A stretch of DNA of 64,000 nucleotides from Candidatus Parcubacteria bacterium. Its GTDB lineage: Bacteria > Patescibacteriota > Saccharimonadia > UBA4664 > JBIOIQ01. This document shows, one piece after another, positions 36,763-48,326 of the stretch. The translations under genes were made by a program, and so were the position numbers. The notes beneath the pieces are model-generated. The model was not told the origin of the DNA. It saw only the letters and a program-made list of their open reading frames with translations, and made no database searches. Each line of letters starts with the position of its first letter. Within the stretch, counting starts at the first letter, position 1. The stretch spans positions 388,631 to 452,630 of the forward strand of contig OY970378.1 of the NCBI GenBank assembly GCA_963718875.1, written 5' to 3'.

Positions 36763-37752
36763 TTGGTGGCTAAAAGAGCAGCTAAATTTGTAACAACTTC
36801 TATAGTAACGGGTGTACTTTCGCTCGGTTTTGCTGTTGCCACTCATGCTGCAGATACCTCTGCAGCCGAAGTCGATAATTATTCAACAACTGTAGTAACG
36901 ACCCACAAAACTCAAACCATTTCTGTTGCAGAAAGTAATAGTAATATTAATAATGATTCGGACGGGAATGACTCAACTGAGCAATCTTTGTCGCAATATT
37001 CCAATGATGTTAATGTAACCCTACAAAGTTCTGTTAGTTCTAATGATTTAGAACTTAGCAATACAACTACTAGTACGAAAGTTGATACTACGGCAACTGA
37101 TGTTGACGGTAAGAGGTTGGGTTCTTCGGATTCTCATCTAAGTATGAGTCTGGTTGGTGCTGTGAACCCTGAGCTTAATAGTGGTTCTTTCGGACCCTCC
37201 TCTTCTAGTAGTTCTGCCCAAAAAACTTTAGCTGCGCCGACACCTGTAACTCCAGAGTTTCAAGCTCGTTTGCAGGCTAAAATGTCGCAATTAAGCGGAG
37301 GACATTCTGCAATTAGACACGCAGAGCCTTCGTACGGATTGGCGGCCTTAGATACGTCTGCCAACTTGCCTGATACGCCTGTAGCACCGGCTCCAGCCAA
37401 AGATTTGCCTATCCAAGGTGCTCTGGCAGGCATTTCTAATACTTTGTCGAATATTACTTTGCCTACAGTCCGTGAGTTTATGGTGGCCATGGTAGCTTCT
37501 CTTCGCACGACTATAACAGTAGGCTTAATTCTGGCCATTACCCTGATATCGCTTGTTTCTTTATCGGTAAAACGTCGCTTTGTTGATGAGTTAAAATCAT
37601 CGGGATACAGTCATGCTGCGCGGGCCGACGTCTCAGATTCTATTCTTTTTGCTACTCCTACAAAAGTGAGTTTTGCTTGGGCCGTACAGCCCAGCCAGAA
37701 GCTCACTTTTTTTGGTGTCAGAAACAAAGTATTAACGTTCCAAATCCAATAA
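36763..37752 (+). CDS. secreted/membrane Ser/Thr-rich hypothetical protein
   Basis: N-terminal signal-like hydrophobic segment, low-complexity S/T/N-rich body, C-terminal TM helix. Confidence 0.4.
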   Translation: MVAKRAAKFVTTSIVTGVLSLGFAVATHAADTSAAEVDNYSTTVVTTHKTQTISVAESNSNINNDSDGNDSTEQSLSQYSNDVNVTLQSSVSSNDLELSNTTTSTKVDTTATDVDGKRLGSSDSHLSMSLVGAVNPELNSGSFGPSSSSSSAQKTLAAPTPVTPEFQARLQAKMSQLSGGHSAIRHAEPSYGLAALDTSANLPDTPVAPAPAKDLPIQGALAGISNTLSNITLPTVREFMVAMVASLRTTITVGLILAITLISLVSLSVKRRFVDELKSSGYSHAARADVSDSILFATPTKVSFAWAVQPSQKLTFFGVRNKVLTFQIQ

Positions 37753-37771
37753 GAAAGGAGGTGAAGATATA

Positions 37772-38455
37772 ATGACAGTCAAACGTGCAATTGCAGTAAC
37801 AAGTGTAGCCAGCATGCTTAGTTTTGGATTAACTGGATTAGCTCACGCAGATGAAGTGTCGGTAAGCTTGACCGGTCCAGGTTCCACTACAAATACTAGT
37901 ATTAACGAAACTACCAATGTCACGTCTAATACTAACAATAATGTAGCGGTTACAAACGTGAACACGCAGATTGCTACAAGCGGTAGCGCCAACGTAAGCG
38001 GTAATACAGTTGGAGGTTCAGCCACAACTGGCAACGCAAGCAATAATGCTACTACAACAACTGTAGTTGCGATTAATAATCCAGCTCCTGTATTCCCAGG
38101 AATGGGTAGTGCCGGTACACCAGGAGGTACTGGTGTTGGTGGTAGTAGTAATGTCGGTGGCGGAGGAGGTAGCGTTGGTGCAAGCGGAAGCGGTGGTTCG
38201 AGCCGCATTCTAGGTGCAGGTAGTGGTGGTAGCGGCGTTGGAGCAGCTATGACCTTGCCTCAAACTGGACCAAGCGACCAAATCGATGTTTCGGCTCTTC
38301 GCAGCCAAACCTTGAGCGCATCTGCCCCAGCACCAAGCATTGTTAAAAAGACCAATGGTTTTTCAACAATGTTGTTGGTAATCGCAGCCGCCCTAAGTTT
38401 GCTCGGGGCAGTTGGGAGCGCAGTGTTCTCTATTCGCCAAAAGCGAATGGTTTAA
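37772..38455 (+). CDS. secreted Asn/Thr/Gly-rich repeat protein with LPQTG motif and C-terminal TM plus basic tail (putative sortase substrate)
   Basis: Signal peptide; the module LTGPGSTTNTS...NTNNNVAVTNVN...SGSANVSGNTVGGSATTG is shared with the two downstream genes; LPQTGP; C-terminal hydrophobic segment followed by RQKR. Confidence 0.5.
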   Translation: MTVKRAIAVTSVASMLSFGLTGLAHADEVSVSLTGPGSTTNTSINETTNVTSNTNNNVAVTNVNTQIATSGSANVSGNTVGGSATTGNASNNATTTTVVAINNPAPVFPGMGSAGTPGGTGVGGSSNVGGGGGSVGASGSGGSSRILGAGSGGSGVGAAMTLPQTGPSDQIDVSALRSQTLSASAPAPSIVKKTNGFSTMLLVIAAALSLLGAVGSAVFSIRQKRMV

Positions 38456-38467
38456 GGAGGGTGTTCC

Positions 38468-38944
38468 ATGCAAGTTAGAAGTACCTTAACGAAAACATCG
38501 GCTATAGCACTCGCTATAACAGTAATATTACTAGGACTCTTGGCTTTCTTGAATCGGCAGCCCAAGTCCCTCAGCAAGGTAAAAGCTACCACCGAGTCTA
38601 GTAGCAATGTTGTTACTGCAGATCCAAAAGTGGATAGTGTAAAAAGTGCACCGGTTGATGTGACGGTTAACGGCCAGCATATAGATATGCCGGAAAATGG
38701 TTCGAAAACCATCCATTTAAATAGTGGCGAAAAGGTTGAGGTCAGTTCTACCCAAGAGGGTGGTTCTTCTACTGTAACTACGTCGCCCAATGGTTCGATC
38801 CAGGTTTCGACCCAAACGTCCAATAACAACTCTTCGGCTAGTTCGACAACCCAGGTTTTTAGCAGCAGCTTCAACCAGTCATCGAATTCGTCGCAAGATC
38901 ATGTGTTCTCGACTAGCAACAACAGCGTGCAAGTCACTCATTAG
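38468..38944 (+). CDS. secreted Ser-rich hypothetical protein
   Basis: N-terminal TM/signal segment followed by an S/T/N-rich low-complexity body. Confidence 0.35.
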   Translation: MQVRSTLTKTSAIALAITVILLGLLAFLNRQPKSLSKVKATTESSSNVVTADPKVDSVKSAPVDVTVNGQHIDMPENGSKTIHLNSGEKVEVSSTQEGGSSTVTTSPNGSIQVSTQTSNNNSSASSTTQVFSSSFNQSSNSSQDHVFSTSNNSVQVTH

Positions 38945-39030
38945 AAAAGACTATGTCAAATAGCAGCCCATAGCGGGCCCTCGGGCCCGGTACTACAAAA
39001 AATAATTAACTAAAGAAGGAGTTTTCAAAT

Positions 39031-39618
39031 ATGAAAACAGCACACGTTTTACGATACGCCGCTATCGGTATGGCAACCCTAGGTCTAGGCCTTGGTACAG
39101 TCGCCGCTAGCACCGTAACCGTTGGCACAACTGGCCCAGGTTCAACGACCAACACCAGCGCCAACACAACCCACAACGCCACAGTCAACACCAACAACAC
39201 AGTTGGTGCCCTGAACTTGAACGCACAGGGTGCTTCAAGTGGCAACACTAATGTTAGCGGAAACACCACCGGCGGTTCAGCCACCAGTGGAGCCGTTAAC
39301 AACAACGCCGTATCCACCACAACTGTAGCAGTCAACAATGCTGCTTCAGCAGGTGCCGGTGCCGGTTTCTGGACCGGTGGTAATGACTCAGTATCAGTCA
39401 ACTTGACTGGCCCTGGTTCAACCACAAACACTAGTGTAAACAACACCAACAACTGGACTCAGAACACTAACAACAATGTTAATGTTACCAACTTGAACTT
39501 CCAGTCTGCTGGAAGCGGTAGTGCAAACGTAAGCGGTAACACCGTTGGCGGAAGTGCTACGAGTGGTAGTGCTTCAAACACTAGCTCAACTTCAACTTCA
39601 GTTACTCTAAGTAACTAG
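39031..39618 (+). CDS. secreted Asn/Thr/Gly-rich repeat protein (paralog of 37772-38455)
   Basis: Signal peptide and two copies of the GPGSTTNTS...NTNN...N(L/V)N...SGNT(V/T)GGSATSG module. Confidence 0.5.
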   Translation: MKTAHVLRYAAIGMATLGLGLGTVAASTVTVGTTGPGSTTNTSANTTHNATVNTNNTVGALNLNAQGASSGNTNVSGNTTGGSATSGAVNNNAVSTTTVAVNNAASAGAGAGFWTGGNDSVSVNLTGPGSTTNTSVNNTNNWTQNTNNNVNVTNLNFQSAGSGSANVSGNTVGGSATSGSASNTSSTSTSVTLSN

Positions 39619-39677
39619 TTCGAGGTCGCTCACGATGGGGAGCTTAGCTCTCCATCCGCAATTATCCAAATATCTCA

Positions 39678-42056
39678 ATGTCTAAAACATTTAATGCGGG
39701 GGCTCACATGAAAAATCGAAAACTTATTTCAAGCATACTAGTAGGTCTATTGCTAGGCGCACAGGTTAGTTTTGTGGGCGCTGCTTATGCCGAAGAAACT
39801 GTTCCTCCGGCCGAGCCAACTTCAATTAGTCAGGAGGTGGTTAACGAGGAACCTGCTACCGAGTCAGACACTTCGACTGAGGAAAATGACGCTTCGAACC
39901 AAGCTGTCGACAATACCCCGCTCAGTACTACTGAGCCATCAACTCCAGAGACTGAGGGTACCACAGCTCTATCCAGCGAAACACCTGTGTCGCAGCCACT
40001 TGTAACGGGTCCTACTGCGCCGACCGGCCCATCAAGCCAAACTGGTGTTGATCTAGCCGAGACAGGCCCAGAAGAGCCTACAGGAACTGTTCCTGATTGG
40101 GTGTTTAACACTCAGACAGGACAGTGGCAAGAGTCTGATAAAAGCTCGTTTACTTGGGATAAAAAATCAGGTTACTGGTTGTCGCCCTTATATTGGTACG
40201 ATACACGCATCGGTTGGTACAAAGTTTTAACTCCAGCGCAGATAAGCGACCCAAATCGACCCACGTATCTGATTACTGCTCCTAAGCCACCGCAAATGAT
40301 TGTTACTCCTTTTGGGAACATGATCGTTGGATCTCCTGAATACAACATGGCGGTTGCTATGGGAGTAATTAATCCTGTTAGTAGTCCTAATGATCCTTCA
40401 ATAAGCAATACTGGGCCAAACTCTACCAATAATGCATTAGTGAGCAATGCTAATAATGGTTGGTTAGACTTTACTAATTTGGTGAATGTGGTTAACACTT
40501 TGCAGTCAAGCGCAGCTTCAGGTGCAGCTAGCTCTAATGGCAATACTGTTGGAGGAGACGCCGTAACTGGTGCTGCAACAGTGCTTATGAATGTCTTTAA
40601 TTTGTTGTCGGCGGCATGGTCTTGGAGCAATGGTAATCTTCATACGTTCTTTGCTAACTTCTTTAACCACAAAGGTGACATTACCTTGAACCCGATTGCA
40701 AGCCAAGGTGGGGGTGGAGGCTTTGGTACGGCTGGTGGAACAAGTGCTGTTTCAAATACGGGGGCAGGATCGACCAACAATGCCGGAATCTCCAATGACA
40801 ATAACCTTAATGTGAACGCAAGTAATGGCGCTACCATTAACAATAATATTGACGCATCGGCTCGTTCTGGTAGTGCTGATGTAAATGGCAACAGCATTGG
40901 CGGAAGCGCTACCTCGGGGGATGCGCTGGTGGAGCTCAATATCATTAATATGATCAACTCGTTTATAAACTCCGGAGAATCATTCTTTGCAGTTTTGAAC
41001 TTGTTTGGTGATTTTCATGGCAACATATTGTTCCCCGACGGCTTCTTCAATGGAGTTATCTCAGGGCAGGACGGAGGGAGTCAGGTCGCTTCAGCTACTA
41101 ACACCGGACCGAACTCAACCAATAATCTTTCGACAGGTACAACCAATAACACGATTTTAAACAACACTAACAATGCTGCCTTTAACAATGACATCAGTGC
41201 CAATGCTGTATCTGGAAGCGCTGACGTGGTAGGTAATGGTGAGGCGGGGGCTGCTGCTACTGGTAAGGCTAAAACTTCACAAAGCTTGTTTAATTTTTTT
41301 AACACCAGCTTATTTGCAGATAATGCAGTACTTGTAATGGTAAATGTAGCTGGACGTTGGTTAGGTAAAATCGTAGGAGCATCAACCTTGGGGGGCAACC
41401 AATCAGCCTTACTAACCAGTAACGGTCAAGTAAGCGCTACCAATACCGGACCGAACTCAACCAACTCAGCGTCAAGTGCAACGACAAACAATACTACCGC
41501 GAACAACAGTGTGAATGGAGTCATCAATAATAATGTTGACTTGGAAGCTAGGAGTGGTAACGCGACTGTAGCATCAAACACTAAGGGTGGGGATGCAAAA
41601 AGTGGGGATGCAACCATAGTTTCAAACGTCGCTAACTTTTACAACAGTGCCATAAATGTGAAGCGATGGTTTGGGGTACTAATTATCAATGTGTTTGGGA
41701 ATTGGTTCGGGTGTGCTGCCGAAAAATGTGATACCACCGGTCAGCCCGTATCTGCCCAAGCTGCCGTAGCGCTAGCGCAGATTGTGCCTCCTCCGGCTTT
41801 GCTCGGCAATGCCGTGAGTAATACTGGAACAAATAATGTGGCCTCATCTATAACTGCAAATCCAGTTCAACCAGAATCGTCTACTGAGATTGCTCCCAAC
41901 CGTATTCAAGTAGCATCTGCTCAATTGACTCCTCAGCAGACAGGTGCAGCTCAGACGACAAAAATGATGAGCTGGCTGATGGGACTAGCCGCATTGGTAT
42001 TGCTGGCAGCGGGTGGCTTGGCTGGCCTAGAGCGCAAGCTCAAAGTGCGCGGATAA
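39678..42056 (+). CDS. large secreted repeat protein carrying four copies of the same Asn-rich module, C-terminal TM anchor
   Basis: Signal peptide, acidic S/T/P-rich stalk, four roughly 80-aa modules each starting (S/T)NTGPNSTNN and ending SGxA(D/T)VxGN(S/T)(V/I)GG(S/D)A(T/K)SGDA, and a C-terminal hydrophobic helix plus ERKLKVRG tail. Confidence 0.55.
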   Translation: MSKTFNAGAHMKNRKLISSILVGLLLGAQVSFVGAAYAEETVPPAEPTSISQEVVNEEPATESDTSTEENDASNQAVDNTPLSTTEPSTPETEGTTALSSETPVSQPLVTGPTAPTGPSSQTGVDLAETGPEEPTGTVPDWVFNTQTGQWQESDKSSFTWDKKSGYWLSPLYWYDTRIGWYKVLTPAQISDPNRPTYLITAPKPPQMIVTPFGNMIVGSPEYNMAVAMGVINPVSSPNDPSISNTGPNSTNNALVSNANNGWLDFTNLVNVVNTLQSSAASGAASSNGNTVGGDAVTGAATVLMNVFNLLSAAWSWSNGNLHTFFANFFNHKGDITLNPIASQGGGGGFGTAGGTSAVSNTGAGSTNNAGISNDNNLNVNASNGATINNNIDASARSGSADVNGNSIGGSATSGDALVELNIINMINSFINSGESFFAVLNLFGDFHGNILFPDGFFNGVISGQDGGSQVASATNTGPNSTNNLSTGTTNNTILNNTNNAAFNNDISANAVSGSADVVGNGEAGAAATGKAKTSQSLFNFFNTSLFADNAVLVMVNVAGRWLGKIVGASTLGGNQSALLTSNGQVSATNTGPNSTNSASSATTNNTTANNSVNGVINNNVDLEARSGNATVASNTKGGDAKSGDATIVSNVANFYNSAINVKRWFGVLIINVFGNWFGCAAEKCDTTGQPVSAQAAVALAQIVPPPALLGNAVSNTGTNNVASSITANPVQPESSTEIAPNRIQVASAQLTPQQTGAAQTTKMMSWLMGLAALVLLAAGGLAGLERKLKVRG

Positions 42057-42112
42057 GTATAGTCTTAGCTTTGGCTGGTATGATGTCTGTATGGAGTTAA
42101 AGATAATTTGCG

Positions 42113-42562
42113 ATGCCTAATATCATAGTGTCAATGAAGACAATGCTTTTAAAAAATGGTAAGTTTCTAGTATTAAAACAAACTCGACCAACACTTTTCT
42201 ATTGGGATCTTCCTGGAGGAAAGTTGGAGTATGGTGAAACCCCTGAGACAGCGCTAAAACGTGAAGTAAAAGAAGAGACCGGTATAGATATTGAACCTGG
42301 TAAATATATTGGATTATGGTGGTTTTTTAGCCCAACTAATAAACATCAGCTAATTTGTCCGACGTTTTTAAGCACGATCTCAGAAGACTCAGTTGACACT
42401 GTGAATATTGAGAATAACCCAGCAGAGGAGCACATTAAAGACTACGCTTGGGTGGAGAAAGATAAATTTCTTAAAGGGGATTACCCTGTTTTGAATGAGA
42501 GCTTGAAAGACCTTATTAATGATCTTAATATTAAAGTCCTCAAAGATTTAAATAACGTCTAA
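42113..42562 (+). CDS. NUDIX hydrolase
   Basis: Nudix box GGKLEYGETPETALKREVKEETGI. Confidence 0.75.
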   Translation: MPNIIVSMKTMLLKNGKFLVLKQTRPTLFYWDLPGGKLEYGETPETALKREVKEETGIDIEPGKYIGLWWFFSPTNKHQLICPTFLSTISEDSVDTVNIENNPAEEHIKDYAWVEKDKFLKGDYPVLNESLKDLINDLNIKVLKDLNNV

Positions 42563-42628
42563 TTTGATGGCGGCAATATGCTCGCCTCGGTTGTGCTACA
42601 ATATACCAGATAAGAGAATTCAAAAAGC

Positions 42629-43471
42629 GTGTATTACAATCCTTACATATTAATACCTTTTGCAACTTGGGCGATTGCTCAGGCAATCAAGTTTGCGCTA
42701 GCCGCATGGCGAGGCAATTTGGACTTTAAATACTTATACGCTTCGGGTGGTATGCCCAGTGTCCATTCGGCTGTGGTTTGCTCACTGGCGACCACCTCTT
42801 TATTGATAGACGGGCCAGAAAGCCATTTATTCGGCTTCATCTTGCTGTTTGCTGCAATCGTTATGTACGACTCTTTTGGTGTCCGCCGAAGTACTGGTGA
42901 ACAAGCGGTTGCTATAAATGTAATCTTATCAAGTCTTGAGCACGACCGGATTAAAATGGATATGCCTCAGCATAAGTTGAGGGAAGTTTTGGGTCACAAG
43001 CCAGCCGAAGTAGCGATAGGGGCGTTATTGGGTATTGCACTAGGAGGACTCTTTAACTTTTCTCGTCTTGGCACTCAGTACAACTATATTAGTAGTACAC
43101 CGGGCAAAATTGAAATGCTGGCTTATGCGGTGTTGTTTGCAACGATGTTGGTGGTAGGTGTAGTCATAAGATTGGTTTTTAGCAGACGTTATCGTAAATC
43201 CACGGTTATGAAGCGTTTGGGTAGACAGATAGTGTTGCTGTCACAGACGGTTGGATGGCTGGGTTTAGTCGCGGCATTTGGGCAGTACCAACGCTTACCT
43301 TATTTAGCTGGGCGCGGATGGTCCTGGGTAATGGCGGCTGTTTTAGTTATTTGGGCTGTTTACCTAGTGGCTAAGTTCAGCTCGATTGTACCAGCAGAGC
43401 TTGCATTAGAATTAGAGCAGCAGCGCAAAAAAAAATGGCTGACTAAAAAGCCGAAGAAAAGACGAAAATAA
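42629..43471 (+). CDS. DUF212 / divergent PAP2-superfamily membrane protein with an extra C-terminal membrane domain
   Basis: Signature YASGGMPSVHSA and the overall TM layout of the acid-phosphatase/vanadium-haloperoxidase-related family. Confidence 0.55.
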   Translation: MYYNPYILIPFATWAIAQAIKFALAAWRGNLDFKYLYASGGMPSVHSAVVCSLATTSLLIDGPESHLFGFILLFAAIVMYDSFGVRRSTGEQAVAINVILSSLEHDRIKMDMPQHKLREVLGHKPAEVAIGALLGIALGGLFNFSRLGTQYNYISSTPGKIEMLAYAVLFATMLVVGVVIRLVFSRRYRKSTVMKRLGRQIVLLSQTVGWLGLVAAFGQYQRLPYLAGRGWSWVMAAVLVIWAVYLVAKFSSIVPAELALELEQQRKKKWLTKKPKKRRK

Positions 43472-43527
43472 GCTCGATTTAGTTAGTCGTTTTAGCATAA
43501 GCGTTTTTTGCGTTATAATTGTTCTAA

Positions 43528-45897
43528 ATGGCACAGAAATATCATTTTGAACACCATCGTCGAGAAGCGTTGCTAAACAAAAAGCGTTTTACTGTTGTAA
43601 ATGCAATTATGGTGGCTGCACTAGTTATAGCAGGGGGTTGGGTGTATTTTAGCGCTAGCAAAGCAGCTTTCAATGGCTTAGACGCAGCTATGCTTAATGT
43701 AACAGGTAATAATGTAGTTGTTCGTCCAGGAGATAGAATTCAGTATCGGGTGGGTTATGTTAATAACGGCCCAGCATCGTATAATAGCCTCTTTGTCCTA
43801 GATGGTAGGATACCTGCTTATACTCATATAGTTAGCCAAAGCGATGGGAGCGTGAACGGGCAGCAAAACCCTTACGTTAAGAGCTACTCAGTAACGAGCT
43901 TCTCGGCTAGATGGGAGCTAAGTGGGATTCCTGCAAGTGGGGCTCCGTATAATGCTTGGGAAGGGTTTTATTACACGGTTGAAGTAGATGCAAATGCCCC
44001 TTCAAATTACAGCATTAGTGCGCGGGCTGAGTTAGTTAAAGGTGATGGTACTATCCAGCTCTTTTCTGCCTCTACCTCCAATCCAACGCCCGCACCTCCA
44101 CCCCCACCCCCACCCGCTACCGTTAGTATTTCGGCTAGCAGCACGCAAATAACTCAAAATTCCCCCTTGACCATAACGTGGTCCTCGCAAAATGCCACAG
44201 CATGTAATGCCTCTGGTACGACTTGGTCAGGAGCCCGTGCAGGCTCGGGTTCGGAAAATCGAAATTCCGATACTGGGGCCATACGTACTATTACCTATAC
44301 TATGACATGCAACAACTCTACTTATGGGGGTAATAGTGCTTCCGTGAATGTTAATGTTGTGAGCGCTCCACCTCAGCCTCCGCCGCCGACGCCTCCACCA
44401 AGCGTCAGCGTTACAGCTAGCCCAACTACGGTGTATCAATATACGGGCTTGAATGTTTCTTGGGCGACTCAGAATGCTTCTTCATGCAATGCCTCGGGAA
44501 CAACATGGAGCGGAGCCAAAATCCCTGGCAATAATACCGAGAACCGAAACGCTGACACCAATATTATTCGCACGCTTAATTATATTTTGACCTGTGTGAA
44601 TTCTGGCGGGAGTGCTAGCGGTTCGGCTAATGCTAGTGTTATAAAATCGGCTTCTCCAAGTGTTCCTGCAGGATTAAGAATTGATTCGCAGACTGCATCT
44701 AGTTTGCGTGTAACATGGCAAGCGTCTTCGGCGGCTCAAGGTAGTAGTATTAACTATTATCAAGTTCGAAATAGTGGAGGTACGCCTATTGGTACGACTG
44801 CATTGACCAATTTTGTGGTAAATTCGGGCTTACAGCCGTGTAGGTCATATTCTTTTACGGTTGTTGCTGTAAATAACCAAGATACTGTTTCGGCGCCCTC
44901 GAGTAGTATAACCGGATCGACAACTGGTTGTCCTCCAGCCACCAAGCCGACGACAGCGCCTCCAGCTCCGCCTCAATCGTCCGCTCCTAAGCCACAAGCT
45001 GGGCCGAAACCAAATGTAACAGGACAAACCAATGGCGCAACAGTGGTGATTCCGGACACAAATGCCCCGACAGCTCCTACTAATCTCAAGGCTAAGGTGG
45101 AAGATGATGGTTCAACAGTTCGGCTTAGTTGGGCTGCTGCTAAAGACGACAAGGAGGTTGCTAGCTATCAGGTAGAACGTTCGACAGACAAATCTACCTG
45201 GGACGTCCTTACTACAAAAGCCACCTCTACAAATTATGCGGATACAGCAACTACCTTTAGTATCCATTATTTTTATCGAGTCAAAGCTATTGATGCAGCA
45301 GGAAATGCTGGTCTTTTTGCAAATGTTGATGTAACAACTAAAGCATTTGTCGCAAATACCAATAACTCGCAGTCAACGGCTATAGTTTCCTCCGATGGCT
45401 TGGTGACGGTTAAGTTGCCAAGCGGTGCAGTAGACTCGCAAACTTCTTGCAGTGTTGTCAAGGATGCTTCAAATAATGATGGCATAAAATCTACTAAATT
45501 GATCTTGGCAGCTGGACCATATAGTTTTAGCTGTAAACAGGCTGACGGTACTATAGTTGATCATTTTAGTACTGTGGTGACGGTAGAGGTATCAAAAAAA
45601 TCCAAAGTCTTTGGCAAGTACAGTAGCATCAAGATTTATACCCACGATAATGCTAATAACCGATGGATGAGCATGATCTCATCGTTGAACAAAAAAACTC
45701 AGGTCATTAGTGCAACAAGTTCAACGCCGTTGCAGTTTGCAGTTCTTGGTGTGGCGAAAAAAGGCATACCGTTTAGCCTAATCGTTATAGTGGTGTTCAT
45801 CCTAATCTTAGTTGGATTGTTCTTTAGCTGGAGAGTCCGCCAACAGCAAAAAGTACAATACAACGAATATATACGACATAAGTACTACGACTTATAG
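43528..45897 (+). CDS. cell-surface protein with tandem roughly 95-aa repeat domains, fibronectin type III-like domain(s), poly-Pro linkers and a C-terminal TM anchor
   Basis: N-terminal TM. Two homologous domains (…TWSSQNATACNASGTTWSGA…NRN(S/A)DT…) are each preceded by a P-rich linker. An FN3-like segment (PTAPTNLKAKVEDDGSTVRLSWAAAKDDKEVASYQVERS) is present. C-terminal hydrophobic helix plus RVRQQQK. Confidence 0.55.
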   Translation: MAQKYHFEHHRREALLNKKRFTVVNAIMVAALVIAGGWVYFSASKAAFNGLDAAMLNVTGNNVVVRPGDRIQYRVGYVNNGPASYNSLFVLDGRIPAYTHIVSQSDGSVNGQQNPYVKSYSVTSFSARWELSGIPASGAPYNAWEGFYYTVEVDANAPSNYSISARAELVKGDGTIQLFSASTSNPTPAPPPPPPPATVSISASSTQITQNSPLTITWSSQNATACNASGTTWSGARAGSGSENRNSDTGAIRTITYTMTCNNSTYGGNSASVNVNVVSAPPQPPPPTPPPSVSVTASPTTVYQYTGLNVSWATQNASSCNASGTTWSGAKIPGNNTENRNADTNIIRTLNYILTCVNSGGSASGSANASVIKSASPSVPAGLRIDSQTASSLRVTWQASSAAQGSSINYYQVRNSGGTPIGTTALTNFVVNSGLQPCRSYSFTVVAVNNQDTVSAPSSSITGSTTGCPPATKPTTAPPAPPQSSAPKPQAGPKPNVTGQTNGATVVIPDTNAPTAPTNLKAKVEDDGSTVRLSWAAAKDDKEVASYQVERSTDKSTWDVLTTKATSTNYADTATTFSIHYFYRVKAIDAAGNAGLFANVDVTTKAFVANTNNSQSTAIVSSDGLVTVKLPSGAVDSQTSCSVVKDASNNDGIKSTKLILAAGPYSFSCKQADGTIVDHFSTVVTVEVSKKSKVFGKYSSIKIYTHDNANNRWMSMISSLNKKTQVISATSSTPLQFAVLGVAKKGIPFSLIVIVVFILILVGLFFSWRVRQQQKVQYNEYIRHKYYDL

Positions 45898-46052
45898 GGT
45901 TTTTGCGTGGTCTAGATTCATTACACTAAAACGGAACAAGCTACAATCTAACCAAGACAAGCCAGTTTATAAAGAGGTATCCCAAACCCATGGTTGCTTA
46001 GCGACAGCTTTTAAGTTCCAATATTGTTCCACCATCTTACCTTGATTTAAGC

Positions 46053-46249
46053 TAGGTACCACCAAACTGTCAGTACTTTTTATTTTTAGCTCTAGAAACC
46101 CACCTAAGATTACTTGAAGTGATTTATGTTCTTTTCGAGATTATCTCAAGTTTCATCCCGTTAAAGCCTAAGCTTTATATCGACGGTAACTATAATTCCT
46201 TTGGTTACCCGCGGTAGCACTTTGACTACTGACAGTTTGGTGGTACCTA
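46053..46249. mobile_element. MITE-like element: 23-bp perfect terminal inverted repeats (TAGGTACCACCAAACTGTCAGTA / TACTGACAGTTTGGTGGTACCTA) flanking about 150 bp of AT-rich non-coding DNA
   Basis: Left arm 46053-46075, right arm 46227-46249, checked base by base; no ORF inside; both flanks contain TTAA. Confidence 0.4.
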
Positions 46250-46776
46250 ATTAAAACATCATCACCGGATGCGTATGGAAGCGTATGACTGGTACTTTTA
46301 GAAATGGCATTGGTGATGAATCCCGGTATTGTTAAGTGAGCTTAGGGTCGAAAAAAGCTACCGTGAGTTCTTTGAAGATCCAGTCACAGTACTTAAGAGT
46401 TTGGTTGTTGCTTTCTGCTGGAAGAACCCTGGCCACAAAGTCTTGACAGAGTAGAGGCTAATCTGTAACATTGCTAGTGAAGTCTTGAAATGTAATAAGC
46501 ATAAAAAGACACCTTGGTAGAAGGGGTGTTTTTTATGCGCACACACATTCAGGTCTGTACATTGAAAGCTTAAGTTGTGCAGTGTAACTAGAAAAGTGTA
46601 AAAGTTAAGTAATTCTAACTTTTCACTTACTTTAAGAAAATTTCTTTTGGGACAAAACTTTCTCGTTCGTCAGTGGACGAGAATACCAAGTTTCAAACAC
46701 TCTAAAGCGTTTAACGACTAACGTCCAACGTGTTAAGTTTACTTCTTGCGTTTTACGAGAAGCGTTTCACGTATTT

Positions 46777-48326
<1,550 letters not shown>

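Noticed and set aside
37843-41617. Minus-strand ORFs antisense to the low-complexity secreted-protein genes, and antisense ORFs 24481-24783 and 26741-27184
   Set aside because: They are mirror-image reading frames created by repetitive Pro/Thr/Asn-rich coding sequence; they have no independent start or SD signals, and the sense-strand proteins have coherent signal peptides and domains.
46043-46260. Target-site duplication flanking the inverted-repeat element
   Set aside because: Both flanks contain TTAA but not in register with the IR ends, so no TSD can be claimed from this sequence.
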